A stretch of 64,000 nucleotides of DNA from Octopus vulgaris (lineage: Eukaryota), in assembly GCA_951406725.2 (NCBI GenBank), contig OX597839.1, positions 21,266,001 to 21,330,000 of the forward strand, in the 5' to 3' direction. The notes below the pieces were generated by a model. The model was not told the origin of the DNA. It saw only the letters and a program-made list of their open reading frames with translations, and did no database searches. Below, one piece after another: positions 1 through 11,620 of this stretch (position 1 is its first letter; each line of letters opens with the position of its first letter). The position numbers were made by a program, and so were the translations under genes.

Positions 1-88
1 TCATTCTCGAGCTGAAGGCTAGATAGAATGATTGCAAAAAAAGATACGTGTTGATGTTATATGGGGGTCTGGGATATAAAAGAATACC

Positions 89-490
89 TATTTCTTTATT
101 ACCCACAAGAGGCTAAACACAGAGGGGACAAACAAGGACAGACATAGGTATTAAGTCGATTACATCGACCCCAGTGCGTAACTAGTACTTAATTTATCGA
201 CCCCGAAAGGATGAAAGGCAAAGTCGACCTCAGCAGAATTTGAACTGAGTACGTAACGGCAGATGAAATACCTATTTCTTTATTACCCACAAGGGGCTAA
301 ACACAGAGGGGACAAACAAGGACAGACATAGGTATTAAGTCGATTACATCGACCCCAGTGCGTAACTGGTACTTAATTTATCGACCCCGAAAGGATGAAA
401 GGCAAAGTCGACCTCGGCGGAATTTGAACTCACATCGTAACGGCAGACGAAATACCGCTAAGCATTTCGTCCGGCGTGCTAACGTTTCTG
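89..490 (-). mobile_element. SINE family B (OR2-like, tentative) head-to-tail dimer
   Basis: Two ~184-bp body+tail units (tail revcomp ...gtcccctctgtgtttagccccttgtgggtaataaagaaatag), B-box-like GAGTTCAAAT on the minus strand. Junction gaaatac|ctatttc at ~271. One TSD pair aagaatacc (80-88, 491-499) flanks the whole dimer. Confidence 0.9.
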
Positions 491-1171
491 AAGAATACCA
501 TCTAAGAGTTTGGGGCTTTTTATACAAAACAACAAAGAGGCCTCTATGTGGTTGCACATACAGCTAGAAATAGCAGGATGAACAGTCAAATTTCTTGGAT
601 ATACAAAAAAGCTGAGCGGCAACACTTGGAACAGCTTTTGATCATAGGTTTAGTGTAAATCCGTTAGCTCAAGGCTAAACTGAAGTTGAACAAGAACGGC
701 AACAATGCTTACACTTTGCAATGGGATTTATCGAAGTTTTATTTATATGTGAGTGTATGTGTAGATATGTATGCATATGCAAAGATAGCTTAATGGATGT
801 ATGTACATGTGAGTGCACACACACACACAGACAAATGTCATAACCTGCTTTCATTTCTGTCTGATGACTAGATGTTATTATGGAGAAAAAGACAATGTCA
901 TTTGTTACAAATATATACATTCCTATGTGAAAACCTATCTACAGCTGTGAACAGAAATACATTGACCATGGGAGACTTTCCTTCTCTTTCTCTATTATTT
1001 CAATATGTCAACAATAAAACATAAGTGACTGACAAAAAAATAATGTTGTTGCTGTTGTACTGTGAGATATATTTTTTTGTTTTGTATGTGTGTGTGTGTC
1101 ATTTACACAAAACTAAATATATAAAAAAAAACAAAACAAAAAGAGTTCCAAGGCTGGATTAGTATAAAGTA

Positions 1172-1218
<47 letters not shown>

Positions 1219-1269
1219 CCCTAGAATTCACGAAGCCAATTACCTAGTTTCCACATAGTAGAGGTGACT

Positions 1270-1923
1270 GAATGGCATGGTGATGGTTAAGTCCCATCCA
1301 TTGGGTCCCCAGCTTGCAGATTGGGGATGGCTTTTAGATATACAGGTTGTGGTAGGCGCGGGCATGGCTGTGTGGTTAGGGAGCTTGCTTCCTAGCTACA
1401 TGGTTTCGGGTTCAGTTCCACTGCGTGGCACTTTGGGTAGGTGTCTTCCACTATAGTCCCGAGCCGACCGGAGCTTTGTGATTGAATTCGGTAGGTGGAA
1501 GTTACTGCCGTGTGTGTATGTGTGCGTATAGCTGCTCAGTACCTCTCCGAAAGAGAGAGAGAGGGAGGTCAGTAACAAATACTCAATGAGCAGTCCTGGA
1601 CAAAATCATGGGTTGACTTTTTGGCAAGGCATAGCACCCACCAGTCACCCTGCCAGGATTATGGTCAAATCCTGCAGTTCTGCAAAGAGCAGAAATGCCA
1701 CCACCATTGGGAAGGAGAATAGAAATGTAAGACATTGAAAATACTTTGTCATCGGATTTCTTCTCATTTTGCAGAACAAATTACATTTTTATTGAATCTT
1801 GGTTTGGGAAACCCACCAGTTTGACTGGGACGGCAATTGTCAGTAAGACCTGCAACTACAGAAATTAGCAATCGAAAGATATTTGTGCAAGCAAACTCAA
1901 CCAGATGATGATGATGATGATGA
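1270..1923 (+). mobile_element. Possible internally deleted old RTE LINE (5' leader-like segment plus (GAT)n end), interrupted by SINE A2
   Basis: gcttgcagattggggatggcttttagatata...aatactcaatgagcagtcctggaca resembles RTE 5' leaders as recalled; the segment ends in (GAT)n at ~1905-1923. Confidence 0.3.
1355..1567 (+). mobile_element. SINE A2 (family-A-like tRNA head, distinct tail ending in (GA)n)
   Basis: A-box ggcatggctgtgtgg and B-box gggttcagttcc; closely similar second copy on the minus strand at 36008-36213. Confidence 0.8.
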
Positions 1924-2779
1924 AAGTGGCTCAGATCACAACATTTCTCTAAATGGATGCTGGTCTGTTGCAGGGTTGAAGGCCAGCAATTTTGTAGGGA
2001 CGAAAAAGGTCAATTACACTGATCCTAGTATTTGCTTAGTTCTTTATTTTATCAACCCAGATTTAGTAGATAGAACCTAAAAGAAGCTTGTTGTGTGTGT
2101 GTCCCACATCACCACTTGACAACTGGTGTTGGTGTGTTTACATCCACATAACTTAGTGATTCAACCAAAGAGACCGGCAGAATAAGTTCTGGGATTTAAG
2201 AAGAAAAAAAACTCTTGGGGTTGATTTCTTTCGACTAAAAGTCTTTCAAGTCTCACTCGTTCAGAAGTGCAGACATACAGAACGAGTATTTTGTAGAAAA
2301 CCTAGAGGAAAGTGGGCATTTTGTGATCACTTTAGTATAATGACTTTTGTCTCTTTGGATCCAACCATGGCCATCCCACTCTGTCAGAAAGAGAGGCAAA
2401 AGTGAAAGATAGAAAATGAAAGAGAAAGAAAAGGAGAAAGAGAACATACACCACCAGCTTTCCCATCGTCTTCGTCCTCCCTGTCTCTCTTCATGTGTAT
2501 CGCTCATTCTCTTTTGCTCTCCATTCTACCATTCCAGAAAGGAAAACAAAGAAACACTGACAGATTTACTCCTCCATTTCAGCACCTACCTTTTCAACAG
2601 ACAGTAGTAGTGTGTAGCCGAAAGGAGATTTGGTAGTTATTTCTCAAAATAAATGTTTAAAACCCCTCACCTAACCCAGTGAGTTGGCAAATAATGTGAT
2701 ATTGTGGGGGGGTCCATTTTAGAATTTCTAAAACGACAAGACACTCATACATCCAGACAATTCACCATTTATATAAAAG

Positions 2780-3140
2780 GTGCAGATGTGAGTCTCTGTT
2801 AAGATGCTTGCTTCCCAGCCATGTGATCTTGAGTTTAATCCCACCATGTAGCACCTTGGGCAAGTGTCTTCTATTATAGTCCTGAGTTCAAAGCCCTGTG
2901 AATGGATTTGGCAGATGGCAACAGAAAGAATCCTGCTGCATGTGTGTGTGTGTGTCCTCTATCACCACTTGACAACCAATGTTGGTGTGTTTATGTTTTT
3001 GTAACTTAGCAGTTTGGCAAAAGAGACCAATAGAATAAGTACCAGGTTTAAAAAGGTAACTACTGGGGAGATTCATTTGACAAAGTCTTCAGGGCAGTGC
3101 TCTAGCATGGCCACAGATTAATGACTAAAACAAATAAAAG
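2780..3140 (+). mobile_element. Old diverged SINE family A copy
   Basis: Collinear with young A copies (cttgggcaagtgtcttct, gagaccaatagaataagtacc, gtgctctagcatggccac). A further fragment lies at ~2078-2250. Confidence 0.8.
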
Positions 3141-3627
3141 CTAATACAATGAGGACATTAGATAAATGTAGTCCTAGGTAGACATGTCTGTATGTCCACA
3201 GCAATAACAACTTTGATCATGTCAGATTGATCAGAATTAAAGTTTTGGGCATAAAAAAGGCATTTTGCCCTGCTTTATGTTCTGAGTTCAAATACTGCTG
3301 AAGTCGACTTCACCTTTTACCCTTTCAGGATCTTATAAAGTACCAGTTGAATACTAGGGTCAACACAAATGACTTGTCCCTCCCACGAAGTTGCTGGCTT
3401 TGTGCCAAATTTTGAAACTAATACTTAATGCAACCTATGGTAACCTAGCCATGACTATCCTAATTAGGACCACATACAACTAACCAGTCTGTCCTTTCTG
3501 TTTAAGATGGTAGGGTGGGATTTGAGAGAGACTTAGTTACTATTTCTTGCAGGAACAGCAATTGCATAGAAGACCCACCCCAATTTTTCATAGGTACATA
3601 CATTTTTACACACACAAATACACATAA

Positions 3628-4033
3628 GCGCAGGAGTGGCTGTGTGGTAAGTAGCTTGCTAACCAACCACATGGTTCCGGGTTCAGTCCGACTGCATGGC
3701 ACCTTGGGCAAGTGTCTTCTGCTATAGCCCCGGGCCGACCAATGCCTTGTGAGTGGATTTGGTAGACAGAAACTGAAAGAAGCCTGTCGTATATATATAT
3801 ATATATATATGTGTGTGTTTGTGTGTCTGTGTTTGTCCCCCTAGCATTGCTTGACGACCGATGCTGGTGTGTTTACGTCCCCGTCACTTAGCAGTTCGGC
3901 AAAAGAGACCGATAGAATAAGTACTGGGCTTACAAAGAATAAGTCCCGGGGTCGATTTGCTCAACTAAAGGCGGTGCTCCAGCATGGCCGCAGTCAAATG
4001 ACTGAAACAAGTAAAAGAGAGAGTAAAAGAGAG
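3628..4033 (+). mobile_element. SINE family A (~400 bp tRNA-derived; OK-like, tentative), full length
   Basis: Head gcgcaggagtggctgtgtggtaag (A-box) and gggttcagtcc (B-box); internal (TA)n(TG)n; tail ggcggtgctccagcatggccgcagtcaaatgactgaaacaa(gtaaaaga)n. More than 15 copies in the window. Confidence 0.93.
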
Positions 4034-4197
4034 TATACCAACACAGTAGCAGCAGCTGGACTAAAACAACAAAAACCAAACAAGAATTACATAAATACTT
4101 GGAGGGAAAAGGTGGTGGTGGTGGTGGGAGCCGGCTGATAAAAAAGGGGTCTGAACTAAATAACTTGAGGGGGAAGGAATAAAACACTGGATATAAA

Positions 4198-4388
4198 ACC
4201 ACACACACACACACACACGTAAGACAGATATAATCACAGACAGACACACACACACATGTGCGCACACACACACATGTAAGACAGATATAACCACAGACAG
4301 AAACACACACACACGTGTGCACACACACACACACACACACACACGTAAGACAGCTATAACCACAGACAGAAACACACACATACACACA
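4198..4388. repeat. Short minisatellite, 3 units of (CA)n-gtaagacagatataaccacagacaga
   Basis: gtaagacag recurs at ~4219, ~4276 and ~4345, separated by CA runs. Confidence 0.8.
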
Positions 4389-4952
4389 GCCAGCCCCTAT
4401 ATGTTTTATTCTTCAGAGCAGAAACAGCTGAATACTGTAACAACATCATCATCTCCTCCAGACAGAATCTAAAATTATGGTTCCACATGTAGTTTTAGTC
4501 AGTAGTTCTTACAATAACCTGGCACTGATCTCGTGTTATTTCAAGTGATGGCAGCTGGAACACCCCGACCCTCACCCCGGAACAGTGTTCTTCCATAAAC
4601 AGGTATGGCATGTGGAGACATTGAATTAGTCTAAGTGCCTGTCCCTATCCATCTGTCTTTAATCATATTTAATCATATGTCTGCTGAATCAGGGCTGATT
4701 GGGGCTACACAACAAACAAAAAGAACTTAACCACAGCAATGGCCACTTGCTGAAAATAGCAACCAAATCACCCTCAGTGCACACAGTGCTGCTAGACACA
4801 CTATGTCTGATGAATAGATTGGCTGGATTAGGGTTGACTTAGGAACAATTCTCCCACGTATCCCCCACCCCAACCCCCCACACAGTTCACATTTGTTATT
4901 GTTGGTGATAATGATAGTGATGGTAGCAATTATGATAGCAGGTGAGTATTAT

Positions 4953-5432
4953 AATGGAATTTGTATCTTTGTGGTACCAGTGCCGGTGGCACATAAGAAA
5001 ACCATCCGAACATGGCCATAGCCAGTACCGCATCGACTGGCCTTCGTGCTGTGGGTACGTAACAAACACCATCCGATCGTGGCCGTTCGCCAGCCTCGTC
5101 TGGCATCTGTGTCGGTGGCACATAAAAAACACCATCCGAACGTGGCCGTCTGCCAGCCTCGTCTGGCACCTGTGTCGGTGGCACAAAAAAAAAAAAAACA
5201 CCATCCGAGCGTGGCCGTTCGCCAGCCTCGTCTGGCACCTGTGTCAGTGGCACATAAAATCACCCACTACACTCTCGGAGTGGTTGGCGTTAGGAAGGGC
5301 ATCCAGCTGTAGAAACACTGCCAGATCTGACTGGCCTGGTACAGCCTTCGGGCTCCCCAGACCCCAGTTGAACCGTCCAACCCATGCTAGCATGGAAAGC
5401 GGACGTTAAACGATGATGATGATGATGATGAT
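4953..5432 (+). mobile_element. Family C: 5'-truncated RTE LINE 3' UTR with ~62-bp internal tandem repeats and (GAT)n tail
   Basis: Near-identical to 49503-49903, where the sequence follows an RTE ORF C-terminus. Ends ggaaagcggacgttaaac(gat)n. Confidence 0.9.
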
Positions 5433-5690
5433 AATGAGCATTGTTGTAGAGGTGGTGCCAGGAGTCGTAGTAGTGAAGTTCATGCAGTTCCTGGTAATTT
5501 GACTATTATCTGCAGTCTTATGGTGGTAGTAGTAGTAAGAAATTATTACTGTTATTGTTGTTGATGAGATGATGATGATAGGTTTCTCATTATCATTGTC
5601 ATTACAGTTAGCAACTCACTCTATATTCTGCATTAGCAGGCATTCTAGAAATAGTAGTCAAATTTCCCTCAGTTACACTTTCATCTTTAA

Positions 5691-5911
5691 CCCTTTAGTG
5701 TTCACATTATTCTCCCAAAATTAATCCTTTTTTATCCACACTGTTTTGAACTAATCCTGCATTATCTTGTAGCTTTGAGATTTTGATGAGGTAGCTGTTA
5801 ATTTTTAAAACGATATTGTCGGGTTGGTGTGAGAGACCAGATCTGACCACTTTGAACATAAAACAGGTAGAATACTTTTGGCCGGATATGGCCGGTTTAA
5901 ATGCTAAAGGG
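5691..5911. mobile_element. piggyBac-type MITE family P1 (221 bp), inserted in a family E repeat
   Basis: TTAA|CCCTTTAG...CTAAAGGG|TTAA, TIR of about 12 bp; family E sequence continues on both sides. Confidence 0.9.
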
Positions 5912-6758
5912 TTAAAACAAGAACAGTTTGAATATAAAGCCTTATATACACTGCAGCTAAAAATATGTAGGGATGGCCATGGTTAAAAACACCTCTGATA
6001 ATAGGTGTACTGGAATTGGATCGGGACTGACCTGGTTTTTAACAGCTTCAGGTACTGACAGAGCAGCCTCTCTTGCATGGACACACACACTCAGTTCACT
6101 GGTACATTATTAATATGATACATCAACAGTAGCAGAGCTTCTAGATGTGGTTGCTTGACATGCTAGCAATCAAAGTCGAAATTACATCCTTCCATCTTAG
6201 AAAAAAAAGACAAGATAGGATGGTCGTGGCTGGAATGACCTTCTTTCGTAAGTCTGCTCGTCGAGCTAAACAAAAACAGCAACAAATTTTTCATTTCTCA
6301 TATCAAAAGAAGTCAACAGATTCGTTAAAGAATTTAGAGGATAAAATAATGGATAAAAGGGAGAGAAAAGGGGAGAGGGAAAAGAGAGTGAGAGGTGGAG
6401 AATTCAGAAATGATTGGATCAATGTCTAAATAGATAATCAATCAACTGGAACATTCTTAATCCTAACCCTGATTACAGTGGAGAAGGGAGGGGAGTTCCT
6501 GCATTGTCTCTGAGCTGAGATATTGGCTCAGTCTGATTAGGCAACCCATCCAGTCTGCACATCAACAAAGGAAGCAGAAACCTTTTATCAAACTTCAAAG
6601 AAAACCAAATGGAAGGAGTTCCATCAAAAGACAGATTGGAACTTTCCAGAATTTCTTCCACCCTCGCCACCACACCACACCACCCCCATTGTCACCAACA
6701 TCGACAATGCAATACTTAGGAATCCAAAAGACACATCCCATAATCATCGTCATGTACC

Positions 6759-7207
6759 TATTTCTTTACTACCCACAAGGGGCTAAACACAGACGGGACA
6801 AACAAGGACAGACAAACGGATCAAGTCGATTATATCGACCCCTGTGCGTAACTGGTACTTATTTAATCGACCCCCGAAAAGATGAAAGGCAAAGTCGACC
6901 TCGGCGGAATTTGAACTCAGAACGTAGCGGCAGACGAAATACCGCTAAGCATTTCGCTCAGCGTGCTAACGATTCTTATTTCTTTATTGCCCACAAGGGG
7001 CTAAACACAGAGAGGACAAACAAGGACAGACAAACGGATCAAGTCGATTATATCGACCCCAGTGCGTAACTGGTACTTATTTAATCGACCCCGAAAGGAT
7101 GAAAGGCAAAGTCGACCTTGGCGGAATTTGAACTCAGAATGTAACGGCAGACAAAATACGGCTACACATTTCGCCTGGCCTGCTAACGTTTCTGCCAGCT
7201 CGCCGCC
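6759..7207 (-). mobile_element. SINE family B dimer
   Basis: Two units with a junction at ~6975; TSD tcatgtacc (6750-6758, 7208-7216) flanks the whole dimer. Confidence 0.9.
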
Positions 7208-7382
7208 TCATGTACCGTACGCCTGCATGGCATCGAAGACACAAAACAAAAGCCATCCCAATGAAGATCCAGTTCACCAGCTGTCTCTCCTCTCCAACCA
7301 TCTCATCATATTCTCCACCCATTCCGTTCTTTGCCTGACTCTCGCCCTCCTTCCTACCCTCTCATCTTCCTTCTATTTTTTT

Positions 7383-7781
7383 TTTTTACTTGTTTCAGTC
7401 AGTTGACTGTGGCCATGCTGGAGCACCGCCTTTAGTCGAGCAGCTCGACCCCGGGACTTATTCTTTGTAAGCCTAGTACTTATTCTATCGGTCTCTTTTG
7501 CCGAACCGCTAAGTAACGGGGACATAAACACACCAGCATCGGTTGTCAAGCAATGCTAGGGGGACAAACACAGACACACACACATACACACATATATATA
7601 TATATATATACATATATACGACGGGCTTCTTTCAGTTTCCGTCTACCAAATCTACTCACAAGGCTTTGGTCGGCCCGAGGTTATAGTAGAAGACACTTGC
7701 CCAAGGTGCCACGCAGTGGGACTGAACCCGGAACCATGTGGTTGGTAAACAAGCTACATACCACACAGCCACTCCTGCGCC
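7383..7781 (-). mobile_element. SINE family A, full length
   Basis: Reverse complement of the 3628-4033 family. Confidence 0.93.
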
Positions 7782-8582
7782 TAATGTTTCCAACACTTCT
7801 GTTCCTTTGAATTTCGCTATAATAGACAAGCTTTTGTTTTTTTCACAATGTTAGCATTTACATCATTCTAGAAATAGCAGTTAAATCTCCCTCACTCTAT
7901 ACATTATAGTCTTAAAACCTCCTTCATTCATCGACATTTCTTCACAGCAAATTGACAAAACAATGAAATTTTTTCCCACACTGCCATGTCTATGACATCC
8001 ATGATAGTTGAACTTTGGTTTTTCACAATGTCCAATTGTCATCGTCTTTCACTGACTTGTTGTAACACCCATTCATTTATCCAATGATCCTTGTGAAGGA
8101 CTCGTATACACCCACATTTCAAATGCACATTTTTAATGCAACATAGAAATATACCCCCACCCACCCACTGCCACCTAAAAAAACATCAAACAGCAAGAAA
8201 TCTAAGCCACAGAAAAGAGAAAACAGGCAGATTTTTACTTCTAATTTAAAACTACAAAACTAACTGAAAAACCCTAAAAAGTTTCTCCAGAGAACAAGTT
8301 AACAGTAAATGTCTCACACACACACACACACAGCAACAGTTAGCGACTAGTTCCAAAACATCAATGAAGCTGTGTAGTAATAATTTTGCTTCCCAATCAC
8401 AGTTTGGGGATTTAGTCCCACTGAATGACACCTTGAACAATTGCCTTTTACTATAGCCTCAATTGGTCAAATTGGCACAGATGCCCTCTGATGAGAATCC
8501 AATGGGATTTGAAAACGAAAGGGGGTTGCTTGTCACTTATTCAATCTAGGGCTCACTTTGCCCTGTTTGTATTTCAACTATG

Positions 8583-8622
<40 letters not shown>

Positions 8623-8660
8623 TGGTTCTCTTCAAGGAAGATTGTCCTCCTATCCATACC

Positions 8661-8858
8661 TATTTCTTTATTACCCACAAGGGGCTAAACACAGAGGGGA
8701 CAAACAAGGACAGGTATAGGTATTAAGTCGATTACATCGACCCCAAAAGGATGAAAAGCAAAGTTGACCTCGGCGGAATTTGAACTCACAACGTAATGCA
8801 GCCAAAATACCGCTAAGCATTTCGCCCGACGTGCTAACGATTCTGCCAGCTCACCGCC
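8661..8858 (-). mobile_element. SINE family B monomer with internal deletion
   Basis: TSD ctatccatacc (8650-8660, 8859-8869); deletion between the two tcgacccc repeats. Confidence 0.9.
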
Positions 8859-8904
8859 CTATCCATACCAAAGTCTCTACACACTCAGAAAGTGTCCACA
8901 CCTT

Positions 8905-9215
8905 TAAAAATAAAGAATACAAATGGGGAATATTCCAATGAAAACAGCAACTCCAGTAAGAACAACAGGTGAGATATTGTGGTATGGAATAGGGAGCAAA
9001 AGTCATGCAGCATTGTACAGCTGGCTGGCAGGTGTGACTGACTCACCAAAAACTGAAGAGAAGAATATCTAAAGAAAATTAAAGAGAAATTTGTAACAAC
9101 AGATTTGCACAAAAGTCTAAAAATGCTAGTGTTCTCCAAAAAAACACCAAAGAAAACTGGTTCATGTTCTCTAAAGATTAGTGGTACAGTGAAAGTTAGC
9201 AAAATAATACAGGGA
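8905..9215 (+). pseudogene. Decayed restriction-like endonuclease (RLE) domain of an R4/Dong-like non-LTR retrotransposon
   Basis: Translation across frameshifts gives NKEY.W/NIPMKTATP/KNNR*DIVVWNREQKSCSIVQL...KISGTVKVSK, fitting the RLE pattern WN..I.T...N.PDIV.W....C.I.E and C-terminal I.GTVK. Confidence 0.55.
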
Positions 9216-9274
9216 TTCTCCATTTGAGGTTCCTAAACTGAACATATGCACACAATCTCATACATATATGGAAT

Positions 9275-9637
9275 ACTCTTTACTCTTTTACTTGTTTCAG
9301 TCATTTGACTGCGGCCATGCTGGAGCACCGCCTTTAGTCGAGCAAATCGACCCCGGGACTTATTCTTTGTAAGCCCAGTACTTATTCTATCGGTCTCTTT
9401 TGCCGAACCGCTAAGTGACGGGGACGTAAACACACCAGCATCGGTTGTCAAGCAATGCTAGGGGGACAAACACAGACACACAAACACATACACACATATA
9501 TATATATACATATATACGACAGGCTTCTTTCAGTTTCCGTCTACCAAATCCACTCACAAGGCATTGGTCGGCCCGGGGCTATAGCAGAAGACACTTGCCC
9601 AACGTGCTACGCAGTGGGACTGAACCCGGAACCATGC
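9275..9637 (-). mobile_element. SINE family A, head truncated
   Basis: Tail to B-box present; ends at ggaaccatg, abutting an RTE fragment. Confidence 0.9.
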
Positions 9638-9773
9638 ATGTTCTTCTGTGTCCGCACTGTGACTGATCTTTTTGAGCAAGAATTGGTCTTATCAGTCACC
9701 TGCGGACTCACCAATAAATTTGCGCGAAGACCATCATCCTCGACCTTGAGGGATTGCCATAGTAGTAGTAGTA
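9638..9773 (+). mobile_element. RTE-group LINE 3' end (C2H2 finger remnant, stem-loop, (TAG)n tail)
   Basis: Reads LLCPHCD*SF*ARIGLISHLRTHQ*, then catcatcctcgaccttgagggattgcca(tag)n. Confidence 0.8.
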
Positions 9774-10082
9774 CACATGCATACACAGTAAAGAAGCAGA
9801 CTTGTGTACTAAACAGACATACACACTCACTATATGAGAGCAAATTTATACACACACACACAGACACATGGACCCACACCAACCAATTCAGATATTCATA
9901 AACCCAAAGGGCTGTCTTGATTCAAACAGCCTCATCACTGCCTGGGAGCTGCTTGAATTCTGGCAAGGGAGAAAACTTCAAACGGGATACCAAATAAAGA
10001 AGCAAATATTGAACATTCTTGCTTTCTTTTAGGATTTCAGTTTTTCTCTTTCTTTTTACCATATGTTAACACATACATCTAC

Positions 10083-10313
10083 AGGAGCAAAGACAGCCGA
10101 GGAGAGACGGATTCAGTCAGCAGAACAGAAACGCCAGGTGCGGAAAGCCAGAGCCACCTGCACCAATAGCACAGCCCCTACCCACTTCTGCCCCCACCTG
10201 TGGGAGGGGCTTCCTTGCCCGGATTGGCCTCACCAGCCACCTCCGGTCTCATAGCAGCAATTCCACCAAATGATGTCAATGGTCATCTTCGAACCCAAAG
10301 GACGAACATTATT
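10083..10313 (+). mobile_element. Second RTE-group LINE 3' end
   Basis: GAKTAEERRIQSAEQKRQVRKARA...HFCP/TCGRGFLARIGLTSHLRSH (one frameshift); ends gtcatcttcgaacccaaaggacgaacattatta. Confidence 0.8.
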
Positions 10314-10486
10314 ACATACATCTACAGGTGCTGGCAAGACTAGGCAACCAGATGGCTTCAAGTTCAGTACCACTGTGCAGTACTCTGAGTCTACTAAAGC
10401 CCCAGGATGGTCAATATTTTGCAACTGGGTTTAGCAGACAAACTGTACAAAACCCATCATGTGTAGGTATGATGTGTGTGTGTGTA

Positions 10487-10553
10487 CAGGGTGGTCCAAA
10501 AGTCACTAGACCACTTCAAAATACAATTGTCTAGTGACTTTTGAGCAACCCAG
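10487..10553. mobile_element. 67-bp Tc1/mariner-type mini-MITE
   Basis: TA|CAGGGTGGTCCAAAAGTCACTAGAC, 17-bp spacer, GTCTAGTGACTTTTGAGCAACCCAG: 25-bp imperfect TIRs. Confidence 0.75.
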
Positions 10554-10555
10554 TG

Positions 10556-10593
<38 letters not shown>

Positions 10594-10596
<3 letters not shown>

Positions 10597-11040
10597 TCAT
10601 CATCATCGTTTAACGTCCATTCTCCATGCTAGCATGGGTTGGACGGTTCGACCAGGGATCTGGGAAGCCAGAAGGCTGTACCAGGCTCTAGTCTTATCTG
10701 GCAATGTTTCTAAAGCTGGATGCCCTTCCTAACGCCAACCACTCCGTGAGTGTAGTGGGTGCTTTTTACGTGCCACCTGCACGTATATATATAAATAGCA
10801 TCAGCATTATTTAATGTCTGCTTTCCATTCTGACATGGGTTGGATGTTTCAACATGGTGCTGGCTAGCAGGGAGCTGTACAGACTGCAACTGTCTGTTGT
10901 GGAATGGTTTCTACAGATGGATGCCCTTCCTAATGCCAGCAACTCAACAGAGTGTGCTGGGTGCTTATTTGTGTGCTTTCAACACAGGTGTGTTAATGAA
11001 GCACTGACACAGGTGCTTTTTTAAGTGGCACCGACACTTG
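10594..11040 (-). mobile_element. Two family C (RTE 3' UTR) fragments, one young (10594-10782) and one old (10800-11040)
   Basis: (CAT)n cgtttaacgtcc...ggatgcccttcctaacgccaacc motif. Confidence 0.85.
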
Positions 11041-11078
11041 AAAGGACAAGCTTGTATGTGTGGGAGAGAGAGAGAGAG

Positions 11079-11260
11079 TATTTCTTTATTCACCATAAGG
11101 TTGAGAAAAAGAGGGGACAAAACAAACGTTGGGGTCAGAGTATCGAATGAGACGAAACATATGAATAAACAAACAATTAAAATATATACAATTAAATGAG
11201 AATGAGTGATTAACAAAAAATGAAGCGGAGGACGTGGTCGACCCCACAAACCACAAACTC
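11079..11260 (-). mobile_element. LINE 3' UTR fragment with SINE-B-like tail (probably L1/Tx1-like)
   Basis: Minus strand ends tttgtcccctctttttctcaaccttatggtgaataaagaaata, like the SINE B tail; the upstream T-rich body is unrelated to SINE B. Confidence 0.55.
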
Positions 11261-11411
11261 ACACTGAAGACTTTGATTTCTCCTTTTTCACATTCTTGAT
11301 TAAACAGGTTCTTTCACTCGCAATATACTTGCTATAGACTTCCATCTTTTACGAAACACACTTTGCAGGTTTGGTGATGCAAACAAGAAATTAGAATTTA
11401 CCGATTATTGA

Positions 11412-11620
11412 CCCATTAGCATCTAAACTATACTTATCTAGCCAACATATTCTACAAGTTTTGTTCAAACTGGCCTCTCACACCTAGCCTCTAATGTCAT
11501 TTTAAAAATCCTACAATGACATCATTGAAATCTCAAAACTACAAGATTATGCAGGATTAATTCAAAACAATGTAAATGAATAAGTATTATATTTGACAGA
11601 GTAATCTGAATGGTAAAGGG
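11412..11620. mobile_element. P1 MITE, older copy
   Basis: ttga|cccattagcat...ggtaaaggg|ttaa with a collinear P1 body. Confidence 0.8.

Noticed and set aside
3628-3705. tRNA genes at SINE heads (A, B, D)
   Set aside because: A and B boxes are present, but there is no complete cloverleaf or terminator and each head continues into a SINE body.
6473-6673. 66-aa non-repetitive minus-strand ORF
   Set aside because: No recognisable domain, non-ATG start and no supporting splice structure.
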